Origin: Myxococcota bacterium
GTDB taxonomy: Bacteria; Myxococcota_A; UBA9160; UBA4427
Assembly (NCBI GenBank): GCA_030748735.1
Contig: JASMLK010000157.1
Span: 9,278 to 73,277, forward strand
Length of the DNA: 64,000 nt
Reading direction: 5' to 3'
The position numbers were made by a program, and so were the translations under genes. Under the pieces are notes generated by a model that saw only the letters and a list, made by a program, of their open reading frames with translations, had not been told where the DNA came from and searched no databases. Shown piece by piece: positions 20,458-28,971 of the stretch (within the stretch, counting starts at the first letter, position 1; every line of letters begins with the position of its first letter).

Positions 20458-20704
20458 CTGGTTCTCCGTTCCCGTGTCGCCTGGCTTGCTGCTTCTACCA
20501 ATGGGCAATAGGCGCCGGCTCGATTCGATCCAGCGACCGCGGCCGACGCATCGCCTGATTCGCGCCGGGTGAGTGACCCACGACACCCAGATGGGGTCGC
20601 GGATTGTGAGCGAGCGGCAACCCGATCACAATAGCCACATCGGTACAACGCCTCTCCAGTAAAGAGAAAAGCAGCGCAACCGGCAGAACCTGTTCACGGC
20701 GTTT

Positions 20705-20730
20705 CACTTGCGCGCAACTTGGCGCAAGTG
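20705..20730. other. Perfect 9-bp-stem hairpin (CACTTGCGC-N8-GCGCAAGTG) downstream of the heparinase-like gene; possible terminator or operator
   Basis: The inverted repeat was read directly. No U tract follows on either strand. Confidence 0.3.
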
Positions 20731-20785
20731 CACTGCGGCGCGATCCAACGGGGCGGCACCGAGTCTCCCCCTGGCCTTCGCCGGT

Positions 20786-22432
20786 TCAGTCTGTCGCGAC
20801 GCGAAACACCACACGGCCCGTCACCGGGGCGGCGGCTTTTCCCACCAAGGCGTCGCGCTCGAGCGCCTCGCCGAAACGGGGAAACCACGGACGACGCGCG
20901 ACACTCCAATCGACACCTGCGGGCAATTCGAGTTCCAGTCGTGCGCCACTGCGCAATTCGAGTTGCGCTCGAGCCGCCGACACATCGAGGCCCACCACCA
21001 CGACGTCGGACCCGAAGGGCAAGCTGATCAGCGCCTGGGCCGCCGCGCCGCTGACGCAGTCCTCGACTGCGACACTTCCGTTCTGCACGCGAAAGTGTCG
21101 TTCGTGAACGATCTCACGTCGCGACCAGGGCGAGCAGCGTGCCCGCAGCTCCCCTCCCCCCGCCTCGACGACCTCACAATGGGCGCGACCGCCGACGCGG
21201 TGTGCGCTCCAGATCTCACTCTGCTCGTGGCCATCGAACTGCAAGGTCGCGTGTGAAGTCGTCGCCCGACTCGCGTCGCGAAGAGGCCCGGGGACGTACT
21301 CCGTCACCCCCGTATCACTCACCACCCGCTCTTCGCCATACGACAATTCGAACGAAAGGGCATCACAATGGGCGTGCCCCGGCTGATAGCTCGGGGCCGG
21401 CGGGGCCGTGGTCGCGATCAGCGTAAACGCCCCGTCTTGCAACCGATAGATGCCTGCGTCTTCCAGCTGGCCTCCCGCTGGCGCTCGCGGGGTGACGCCG
21501 AGGGACGCCGCGTAGCGCGCGACCTCCGCCGGCGGATGCGCGATGTCGAAGGCCGAATCGCTGAACAGGGCGATTTCGCCGTCGGGATGAATCCACACCT
21601 CGTGCGCACCGAGCATGCGCGCCGTCGCATCCTCGAGCGCCGCCACGAGCGCACGCGGCGCCCGTCCCTCTGCGGCGCGCGCGAGGTTCAACAGGTCGAG
21701 CAGGTTTTCGAGCAGCAGCGCGTGGTACATGGGGCTGCGCTCGACATGCGAACCGTCGGGGAGAACCTGGACTTCGAGCTCGCGACGCAGACGTGATGCG
21801 AAGCCAAGCCAACGATCGGCGCCAGCGCCTTCGAACAGCAGCCCCGCGAAGACCACCCCGAGCAGATTCGAAAGCAGATGGTTCGCCTGCAGTCGCACCT
21901 CGATGCGCCGCGACAGGGTTTCCGCCTGCTGGGCGAGAGACGCTCGCATGCGTTCTTCGACCTCGGGAGACAGGGCCAGCAGTCCCGGGGTGAGCCGCAA
22001 CTTGCCCCACGACAGGATGCGCAGCGAAATCGGGTGCGGCGCCCAACCGTGGCCCCGCTCACAGTTCGTGATCCAGTTTTCGACCGCGCGGCCGCGAGCC
22101 TCGGGCGACAGCGCGGGGTCGCGCGCCCAGTCGAATTGATGGAGATGGAACGCCCAGAGCGGTCCATGCCCGTCGAACTGCCAATCGATCCCGTCCTCGA
22201 AGCGGTGCGCGCGGCGAATCAATTCGAAGGTCGCTTCGCCGTCGAAGCGGGCGTGTGGCGGAGCCGGAAGAAACGGCGCGTGCGACGTTTCGACGCTGAG
22301 AGGCGGCGCCTCGCCGCGCGGCACACCGGGGCGCCCTTCGTCGACCATCACATGTCGAAGCTGGGCCGCGAGCTGCACCGGCTTGTAGTGAAGCACGGTG
22401 CGCAACAGGCGCGGGATGTCGCGAGGCTTCAC
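20786..22432 (-). CDS. Heparinase II/III-like family protein
   Basis: 548 aa with an N-terminal alpha/alpha-toroid-like region (WAFHLHQFDWARD, LRILSWGKL) and a C-terminal beta-sandwich containing HAHCDALSFEL, typical of the Hepar_II_III family. The GTG start overlaps the rsmI stop (GTGA). Confidence 0.75.
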   Translation of the reverse strand: MKPRDIPRLLRTVLHYKPVQLAAQLRHVMVDEGRPGVPRGEAPPLSVETSHAPFLPAPPHARFDGEATFELIRRAHRFEDGIDWQFDGHGPLWAFHLHQFDWARDPALSPEARGRAVENWITNCERGHGWAPHPISLRILSWGKLRLTPGLLALSPEVEERMRASLAQQAETLSRRIEVRLQANHLLSNLLGVVFAGLLFEGAGADRWLGFASRLRRELEVQVLPDGSHVERSPMYHALLLENLLDLLNLARAAEGRAPRALVAALEDATARMLGAHEVWIHPDGEIALFSDSAFDIAHPPAEVARYAASLGVTPRAPAGGQLEDAGIYRLQDGAFTLIATTAPPAPSYQPGHAHCDALSFELSYGEERVVSDTGVTEYVPGPLRDASRATTSHATLQFDGHEQSEIWSAHRVGGRAHCEVVEAGGGELRARCSPWSRREIVHERHFRVQNGSVAVEDCVSGAAAQALISLPFGSDVVVVGLDVSAARAQLELRSGARLELELPAGVDWSVARRPWFPRFGEALERDALVGKAAAPVTGRVVFRVATD

Positions 22433-23298
22433 GTCGACACCTCGTCCTTGAGCGCCTGCACCCGGGCGTAGACCCGCTTGCGCGGCAACGCCGTGCGACC
22501 CGAGAGTGCAGCCACGATCTCGCGGGGCCGCTTGCCTTCGGTGAGGGCCTCCCGAATCGCGCTGTCGAGGGCCTCGTCATCGAGGATCCCGGCGTCCCCT
22601 CGCTGCTCGGCTTCCCGTTCGGCGGCTTCACCGAGCGCGCCTTCGAGCACGATCGTGCATTCCCCCTTCACGCCGTCGGCGAAGTGCGCCGCAAGCTCGG
22701 CACAGCTTCCGCGCACCACTTCCTCGTGCCGCTTGGTGAGTTCGCGCGCGACGCAGCCGCGTCGCGCTGGAAAGCATGCGGCCAATTCGAGTAGCCGGCC
22801 GTGCAGTCGCGCGGGTGATTCGAACATGACGATCGTTTCGGGTCGCGCGCGGTATGACTCGAGCATCACCTCGCGAGCACCGGCGGTGCGCGGGAGAAAG
22901 CCCAGGAAGGTAAACGGCGCCGCGGGAAAGCCGGCGACGATCAACGCCGAGAGCACCGCCGAGGCGCCAGGCACGGGCTCGACCACATGGCCCGCCTCGA
23001 TCGCGGCCGCGACCACGCGCGCGCCGGGGTCCGAGATCAGGGGCACGCCCGCGTCGGAGACCAGGGCCACCGTTTCGTCGCGCCCGAGCGCTTCGAGCAC
23101 GGCGTCGACGCGCGACGCCTCGTTGTGCTCGTGCAGCGAAACCGCCCGCCGCGCGATGTCGAAGCGGTCGAGCAGGATCTGCGTGCGACGCGTGTCCTCG
23201 GCGTATAGGACACGGGCTTCGCGCAGCACACGAAGCGCACGAGGGGTCACGTCTTCGAGGTTGCCGATCGGTGTCGCGACGACGTGCAGGGTTCCCAT
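22429..23298 (-). CDS. rsmI: 16S rRNA (cytidine1402-2'-O)-methyltransferase
   Basis: MGTLHVVATPIGNLEDVTPRALRVLREARVLYAEDTRRT and the tetrapyrrole-methylase fold motifs. Confidence 0.9.
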   Translation of the reverse strand: MGTLHVVATPIGNLEDVTPRALRVLREARVLYAEDTRRTQILLDRFDIARRAVSLHEHNEASRVDAVLEALGRDETVALVSDAGVPLISDPGARVVAAAIEAGHVVEPVPGASAVLSALIVAGFPAAPFTFLGFLPRTAGAREVMLESYRARPETIVMFESPARLHGRLLELAACFPARRGCVARELTKRHEEVVRGSCAELAAHFADGVKGECTIVLEGALGEAAEREAEQRGDAGILDDEALDSAIREALTEGKRPREIVAALSGRTALPRKRVYARVQALKDEVST

Positions 23299-23337
23299 CG
23301 GCTACGCTGCCCTTCCCCGGTCCCGGGGAACTTCCGA

Positions 23338-23823
23338 ATGAACGACGACCCGAAGCGCGGCCTTCGGACACCCGGCGCTGCTGGCGCTCCTCGAACTCGC
23401 AAAGCTCGCGAGACACCCACAAGACGCGAACCGGCGAAGAACGCCCCGGACCCGCGTCGCCAACTCGGCGTCGAAGGCGAACGCCGTGCGGCCGCCTATC
23501 TCGCGCGACGAGGTTATCGCATCGAAGAGCGCAACGTTCGCTGCGGCGGTGTCGAGGTGGACCTGATCGTGCGGCGCGGTCGCCTCGTCGTCTTCGTCGA
23601 GGTCAAGACGCGGCGCAGCACACGCTTCGGAAGCGGCGCCGAGGCGATCGACGCGCGTAAGCGGGCGCGCATGCGACGGGCCGCGAGTGCGTGGCTGGCG
23701 GAACACCGCAGCCGTGCGGCGCGCGTGCGCTTCGACGTCGTGACATGTCACGTAGAAGGAAGCCACGGTTCGACGCGCTGGCGCATCGAACACTGGCCAG
23801 CCGCATTCGACGCCAGCGACTAG
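23338..23823 (+). CDS. YraN-family (UPF0102) endonuclease-like protein
   Basis: GVEGERRAAAYLARRGYRIEERNVRCGGVEVDLIVRRGRLVVFVEVKTR. The start was trimmed to ATG 23338. Confidence 0.8.
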   Translation: MNDDPKRGLRTPGAAGAPRTRKARETPTRREPAKNAPDPRRQLGVEGERRAAAYLARRGYRIEERNVRCGGVEVDLIVRRGRLVVFVEVKTRRSTRFGSGAEAIDARKRARMRRAASAWLAEHRSRAARVRFDVVTCHVEGSHGSTRWRIEHWPAAFDASD

Positions 23824-23881
23824 CGGCCCGTTGAAGAACCCTTCGGTCGCCATGCTCGGTCAGGGATCTTCAACGGGCCGC
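23823..23881. terminator. Long hairpin between convergent yraN-like and rplS genes (candidate bidirectional terminator)
   Basis: Perfect 15-bp arms GCGGCCCGTTGAAGA (23823-23837) and TCTTCAACGGGCCGC (23867-23881), with 4 further pairs (CCCT/AGGG) inside. Confidence 0.45.
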
Positions 23882-23888
23882 TGCTGGC

Positions 23889-24404
23889 TCAGGCGTCGCC
23901 GCCGTCCGTCTGCTCTGTCTTCGCGGCTTCGGCGGTTCTGGCGGCGGCGCGTGCGGCCTTGGCCTTCTTGCCGCGCTTCTTCTTGGCCTTCGTGCCGCCG
24001 GCACCAGACTCGCCCGTGGCGCGACGCTCTTCTTCTTCGGGCGAGATGAGGTGGGACACGTCGCGCACCTTCGAGTGCAGGCGCGCCTTCTTGCCCGTGA
24101 GGTCGCGCATGTAGTAGAGGCGCGAGCGGCGCACGAAGCCGCGGCTCAGGATCTCGAGTTTGGTGATCAGCGGCGACTGCACCGGGAAGATGCGCTCGAC
24201 ACCAACGCCGTTGCTCACCTTGCGCACCGTGAAGGTCTCGCCGTGGCTTGCACCGCGGCGGCGCAGGCACAGGCCTTCGAAGACCTGGATGCGCTCTTTG
24301 TCGCCCTCGCGGACCTTGACATGCACGCGCACCTGATCGCCGACGCGGAAAGGCGGCAGGTCGCGGCGGAGCGTGTCTTTTTCGATGAAGTCGAGGCGGT
24401 TCAT
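23889..24404 (-). CDS. rplS: 50S ribosomal protein L19 with a ~55-aa Lys/Ala/Glu-rich C-terminal extension
   Basis: [33 protein letters not shown]...[24 protein letters not shown] core, followed by the tail ...[49 protein letters not shown]. Confidence 0.95.
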   Translation of the reverse strand: MNRLDFIEKDTLRRDLPPFRVGDQVRVHVKVREGDKERIQVFEGLCLRRRGASHGETFTVRKVSNGVGVERIFPVQSPLITKLEILSRGFVRRSRLYYMRDLTGKKARLHSKVRDVSHLISPEEEERRATGESGAGGTKAKKKRGKKAKAARAAARTAEAAKTEQTDGGDA

Positions 24405-24520
24405 TTCGGGTTCCTCACGTCGCCGGGAGATGCGAGCAGGTCGCTCGATCGGGTCGACGTTGGCTACGCGTCTTGGCGTGACGGGTCACGCTGCGGCGCG
24501 GATGGTTCTGTGGGTTCAGT

Positions 24521-25282
24521 TCATTCGGAGTCTTCGGAGGGTTCTGCCGGACCGTTTCGCTCCGGGGGCGGGTCCGTTCGTTCCAGCTTTCGTTCCAGCA
24601 GATCGGGCCGTCGCAAGCGCGTCCATTCGAGCGCGCGTTCACGACGCCAACGTGCGATTTCCGCGTGATGTCCCGAGCGAAGGATTTCCGGAACTTCGAG
24701 GTCGCGAAAAATCGGCGGCCGAGTGTACTGCGGACCTTCGAGAATTTCCTGCGTAAATGACTCTTTTGCAACGGATTCTGCGTTTCCGAGCAGGCCGGGC
24801 AGCAGCCTCACCATGCCCTCGACGAGCACCATGGCGGGGATCTCCCCCCCACAGAGCACGTAGTCGCCGAGCGAGATTTCCTCGTCGATCGCCAGGTCGA
24901 TGGCACGCTGATCGACCCCCTCGTAGCGCCCGCAGACGATGACCCAGCGCTGATGCCGCGCGGCTTCCTCGAGCCAGCCCTGGTCGAGGCACCGGCCCTG
25001 GGGCGAGAGAAGCACCACGCGAGCCTCGCGTTCGGGCCCCTTCGGCCCGGCGAGGGCCTCGATCCCGGCGATCAGCGGCTCGGGCTTCATCAACATGCCG
25101 GGTCCGCCGCCGTAGGGTGCGTCGTCGACCGTGCGGTGGCGGTCGTCGGTCCATTCTCGCAGGTCGTGGGCCGCGATTCTCGCGAGCCCTCGCTCGCGCG
25201 CCATCCCCACGAACGACTCGTCGAGAAAGGCGTCGAACAGGCCCGGGAAGATCGTCAGCAGATCGATTTCGAGATCAGCCAT
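24521..25282 (-). CDS. trmD: tRNA (guanine37-N1)-methyltransferase
   Basis: DLLTIFPGLFD, PYGGGPGMLMKPEP, IVCGRYEGVDQR, SLGDYVLCGGE. Confidence 0.95.
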   Translation of the reverse strand: MADLEIDLLTIFPGLFDAFLDESFVGMARERGLARIAAHDLREWTDDRHRTVDDAPYGGGPGMLMKPEPLIAGIEALAGPKGPEREARVVLLSPQGRCLDQGWLEEAARHQRWVIVCGRYEGVDQRAIDLAIDEEISLGDYVLCGGEIPAMVLVEGMVRLLPGLLGNAESVAKESFTQEILEGPQYTRPPIFRDLEVPEILRSGHHAEIARWRRERALEWTRLRRPDLLERKLERTDPPPERNGPAEPSEDSE

Positions 25283-25901
25283 CCGCGTTTGCCAGGCCGT
25301 CCGGGTCGCTGGTGTCCGCTGCGTCGCCGAGGTCGAGCAACCCCGGCAGATCCGCCACCACGATGCGCCGCCCTTCGCGGTCGATTTCGCGGGTCAGCTC
25401 GCGCGCCGTCGGGACCAGGTTCTGGCGGCCTTCGGTGTCGCGCACGACCAGGACATCGTGAGCGCCGGTTTCCCAGATCTCGGCCACGCTCCCCACCGAA
25501 ACCCCCGTCTCGGTCACGACGTCGCAGCCCACGAGTTCGTGCCAGTAGAATTCGTTGGCGGCGAGCGGCGCGAGAGCTTCGGCTCGCGCGAGCACCAGCG
25601 TGCCGCGAAGCGCCTGCGCTGCGTCTCGATCGCTGATCCCGACGAGCCCGAGACGCACTTCGTTCGGGCGGCCGGGCCCGGCGCTGCGCACCGCGACCGA
25701 CTTCGCGCGCGCGTCCTCACGTCCTTCACCCAACCAGATCGTCTCTGCGTCCAGCAGGTTTTCGGGGTCGTCCCCGAAGCAGCGCACGCGGACTTCTCCG
25801 CGAAGTCCGTGCGCACCAACGATGCAGCCGAGTTCGACGAAGTCAGCGCGCTCGGCTGAACCCGGCGAATCCGGAACCTTGCGCCCTCTAGCCGACGACA
25901 T
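25275..25901 (-). CDS. rimM: 16S rRNA processing protein RimM
   Basis: LGCIVGAHGLRGEVRV PRC-barrel N-terminal pattern and FYWHELVGCDV. It overlaps trmD by 8 nt. The start was trimmed to ATG 25901. Confidence 0.85.
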   Translation of the reverse strand: MSSARGRKVPDSPGSAERADFVELGCIVGAHGLRGEVRVRCFGDDPENLLDAETIWLGEGREDARAKSVAVRSAGPGRPNEVRLGLVGISDRDAAQALRGTLVLARAEALAPLAANEFYWHELVGCDVVTETGVSVGSVAEIWETGAHDVLVVRDTEGRQNLVPTARELTREIDREGRRIVVADLPGLLDLGDAADTSDPDGLANADG

Positions 25902-25947
25902 GGCGGCCCCTGCCCTGCTTTCTCGCTTGCTGGCCGGTGCGGCTGCT

Positions 25948-26187
25948 TCAGTCGACGATTTCGAGCCGACAGTCGGCGCCGACGCTCGAGGCCTGCAGGA
26001 TGGCGCGCATCGACTTGGCGATGCGGCCCTGGCGACCGATGACGCGGCCGCGGTCGGAATCGTTGGTTTCGAGTTCGAGCAGTGCGCCGTCGTCACACGC
26101 GGTGACCTTGACGTCGCCCGGCTCGCTCACGATGCCCTTGGCGATGAACTCCACGAGCTCGCCGGCGGCGTTCTCTTCGCCGGCCAC
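25948..26187 (-). CDS. KH-domain RNA-binding protein (UPF0109/YlqC-like)
   Basis: LVEFIAKGIVSEPGDVKV...DRGRVIGRQGRIAKSMRAIL (GxxG KH motif). The GTG start at 26187 is 2 nt after the rpsP stop. Confidence 0.8.
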   Translation of the reverse strand: MAGEENAAGELVEFIAKGIVSEPGDVKVTACDDGALLELETNDSDRGRVIGRQGRIAKSMRAILQASSVGADCRLEIVD

Positions 26188-26189
26188 GC

Positions 26190-26441
26190 CTACGCGCCTC
26201 CGGCGGCGCGGCGGGCGCGCGCAACGAGGGACTTCACCGTCGGGCTCATCTGGGCGCCCTTGGCGAGCCACCCGTCCACGGCGGCCGTTTCGATCTTGAG
26301 TTCGCCTTGCGACGTCTTCGGATCGTAGGTGCCGAGGAATTCGAGCGGTCGACCACTGCGCTTTTCGCGTTCGTCGATCGCGATGATTCGATAGAAGGGG
26401 CGCTTCTTGGCGCCCATGCGTACGAGGCGGAGCTTCACCAT
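26190..26441 (-). CDS. rpsP: 30S ribosomal protein S16
   Basis: MVKLRLVRMGAKKRPFYRIIAIDEREKRSGRPLEFLGTYDP. Confidence 0.95.
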   Translation of the reverse strand: MVKLRLVRMGAKKRPFYRIIAIDEREKRSGRPLEFLGTYDPKTSQGELKIETAAVDGWLAKGAQMSPTVKSLVARARRAAGGA

Positions 26442-26649
26442 TTCCGCGGTTCCTTACATGGCCGGTCTGGCTCGAGACTCGGCTTGGCTTGTTCGCGCGG
26501 CAACGTGCCGCCTATGCGAAAGATGCGATGGGTTGCGGGGGACGATCTTGCGGGGTGGAGTCGAGAATGGAATCGGGCAGGAGCACTCGGGTCACTCGCG
26601 GACTCGAGAGGCCCAGCCATCGGCGCGAACCCCGGCTAAGCGGTCGCGC

Positions 26650-26678
26650 ACTCTAGGAAAATTGCCCTTGTGGGTCAA
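26650..26678 (-). promoter_or_regulatory. Candidate sigma70 promoter of the rpsP operon
   Basis: The minus strand reads TTGACC-N17-TAGAGT (-35 at 26678-26673, -10 at 26655-26650), about 210 nt upstream of rpsP. Confidence 0.4.
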
Positions 26679-26700
26679 GCACCTGCGGTGCGGGCGCGTC

Positions 26701-26928
26701 TCATCCCCGCCCTGCCCCCCGATCGAGACCGAGGCGCTGACGTTCCTTCTTCTCCGAACACGGCGCGCAGGCGTACATCACCTGATGGGGCTTTCGCAGC
26801 CGGTCGTATTCGCCGTCGAGGGCGATCCGCCGCACGCTCTGGGCCTCGTCGCCGCAGATGTCGCAGCGCAACGCTTCGTCACCTTCGGCCTGGGCTTCAA
26901 CTTCGGGGGTCGCAGGGGGCTTGCTCAC
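26701..26928 (-). CDS. Small zinc-ribbon-like protein, function unknown
   Basis: 75 aa, GTG start, high GC3, two CxxC pairs (CDICG ... CAPCS). Confidence 0.5.
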   Translation of the reverse strand: MSKPPATPEVEAQAEGDEALRCDICGDEAQSVRRIALDGEYDRLRKPHQVMYACAPCSEKKERQRLGLDRGAGRG

Positions 26929-26935
26929 GCGTTCG

Positions 26936-27376
26936 TCACTCCTCGCTTTCGTTTCGCACGGGATCTCCCGGGCGATGCGGGTCCAGACTGGTTCTCACGG
27001 CCGAATCTTCGCCGGCTTCGGGCGGCTCCTGGTTCGGGGCGTCGGTCCCGAGCGGGGCGCGCGCATAGCCGACACGCAGCCGAAGATCGGTGGGTGCGGC
27101 ATCGCCCAGCCCGCGACGCAGCGCCGCGAGGATCTCGGGCGAGCGCAGCTGCAACTGCTGGCACCAGACACTCGAGTCGACGTCGGCAAACAACACCCCG
27201 CCCTTCATCCCGACTGGTCGACAGTGGGCGGCGATCTCCTCGCCAACCAGCGCTTCCCACTGCGCATCGATCGCCGCGCCCGGTGCGGCGCGCTCGAGGG
27301 CGGGGGACGACATCAGATCGCCGAGAGCATCGGCGACCGTGCGCGGTCCCCCGGATGGTGCCGAGTCGCGACTCAC
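26936..27376 (-). CDS. DUF721 (DciA-like) protein
   Basis: IDAQWEALVGEEIAAHCRPVGMKGGVLFADVDSSVWCQQLQLRSPEILAAL matches the DUF721 pattern (W..ivG..ia.h..p......L.v.v.ss.w...L). Confidence 0.75.
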   Translation of the reverse strand: MSRDSAPSGGPRTVADALGDLMSSPALERAAPGAAIDAQWEALVGEEIAAHCRPVGMKGGVLFADVDSSVWCQQLQLRSPEILAALRRGLGDAAPTDLRLRVGYARAPLGTDAPNQEPPEAGEDSAVRTSLDPHRPGDPVRNESEE

Positions 27377-28653
27377 GGACGATGGTCCCGGAACACCATG
27401 CCGGTCGGAACCTTCGGGTAGAAGAACGTCGACTTCTGCGGCATCACCTCGCCCTCGGCCGTCGTGTCGAAGACGTCATCGGGTGAAAGCGCGTTGATGT
27501 AGAGCGCGACGCAACCATCACCGACCCGCACTTCGTCGGCCGCACGCGCGGCACTCTTCGGAAAGCTCACCGCGCCGTTGCGAATGGCTTCGGTGTCGAG
27601 GCCGAAGACGCTGGCCAGGACTTCGTTCTCGAGCACGCGCACCACGAGGTCGTCGTCGGGCTTCGCTTCGCGCGAAAAGACGCGCAGGGTTCCCTGCGCA
27701 TCGTCGGCCGCGAAGGCGGGGGTTCCCGCGAGCGGTTCGAGATGGGTTTCGAGCAGCGTCGCGATCGAATCCGTTTCGCTGAACGCGACGCTCTTGTACT
27801 GCCAACCCGGCAGCGCGGCGGCCCACGCTTCGTCGGTGGGCGGTGCGGCGCAAGCTTCCTTCCTCACGACCCGATGGATCGGAAGCAGCAGGCTCCCCGG
27901 CGCGTAGGCGTTGGCGAAGTAGGCCAATGTCGCTTCGTAGGGTGCGTTGGGGTTGGGGGAAGTCGCGTTCGCCCGCGACTCGTCGCGATAGGCGAGCGCA
28001 GTTTCGTAGCGGTGGTGTCCGTCGGCGATCACCGTGGGCGAGTCGCCCATGAACGACTGCACGGTTTCGACATCGTCGGGGTCGGTCAGGCGCGCGAGTG
28101 CGTATTCGACGCCGGCATCGTCGCCCGCCTCGGCGATCAACGACGTTTCCAGGGCGCGAGCGAGAATCGCCGCCAGCTTCTGTTCGCGATCTTCGTAGAG
28201 CAGGAAGACCGAAGAGAGATTCGCGCGGGAGGCGCGCAGCACCTTCAAGCGATCGGCCTTCGGGCCTGCGAGGGTGCGCTCGTGCGGGCGCACGACGCGC
28301 GTCGAATAGTCCTCGAGACCGAGTTCGGCGAAGAAGCCGATGCGCTCGAGCACGCCACCCCCGGGCGCTTCGAAGCGTTGCCGCATGACGTAGTAGCCGG
28401 GCTCGTCGTCGCGCAGCAGCACACCCTCGCTGCGCCACTGGGCGAGGGTTTCACCCATTTCGCTGTAGTCGGCGTCGGCTTCGTCGCTGGCTTTGCGGGT
28501 CAGCTCGAAGCGGATCGCATTGTGGTCGTCGCGCGTGTAGTAGGTCTCGCGCTCGTCGGCCGCGATCACGTCGTACGGCGGAACGATCACGTTCGAAAGG
28601 GCAACACGCGACGTGTCGTAGCGAACGGCGCGAAACGGACGGGCAATCGTCAT
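27373..28653 (-). CDS. DUF1015 domain protein
   Basis: MTIARPFRAVRYDTSRVALSNVIVPPYDVIAADE N-terminal signature. The start was trimmed to ATG 28653. Confidence 0.85.
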   Translation of the reverse strand: MTIARPFRAVRYDTSRVALSNVIVPPYDVIAADERETYYTRDDHNAIRFELTRKASDEADADYSEMGETLAQWRSEGVLLRDDEPGYYVMRQRFEAPGGGVLERIGFFAELGLEDYSTRVVRPHERTLAGPKADRLKVLRASRANLSSVFLLYEDREQKLAAILARALETSLIAEAGDDAGVEYALARLTDPDDVETVQSFMGDSPTVIADGHHRYETALAYRDESRANATSPNPNAPYEATLAYFANAYAPGSLLLPIHRVVRKEACAAPPTDEAWAAALPGWQYKSVAFSETDSIATLLETHLEPLAGTPAFAADDAQGTLRVFSREAKPDDDLVVRVLENEVLASVFGLDTEAIRNGAVSFPKSAARAADEVRVGDGCVALYINALSPDDVFDTTAEGEVMPQKSTFFYPKVPTGMVFRDHRP

Positions 28654-28971
28654 CCGGCTTTCATCTCCCTCGTCGCGTCTCGCTGTTCGACTGCGGCTGC
28701 ACGCGGCACGCGCCGGCGGGAGCACGCACACGGCCCGCGACAGGTCGGCGGGCGTCGAAACGGAATCGAGTTCGCACTGGGCGAGCGCCAGGGAGGTCCG
28801 GCGCGTGGGTTGGGTTTCTGGGTCTTCCGGGTCTGGGGGCGACATGCCTGGGGGAGGCCATGGTGCGGAATGGTCGCGCTGGGTGGAAGCGGGAGACCGG
28901 CGCGTCGCCGCGGCTTCCTTACGCGGGGGTTTACCAAAGCCGGCCGTTCGGCGTCACCGCTAGCAGCGAAG

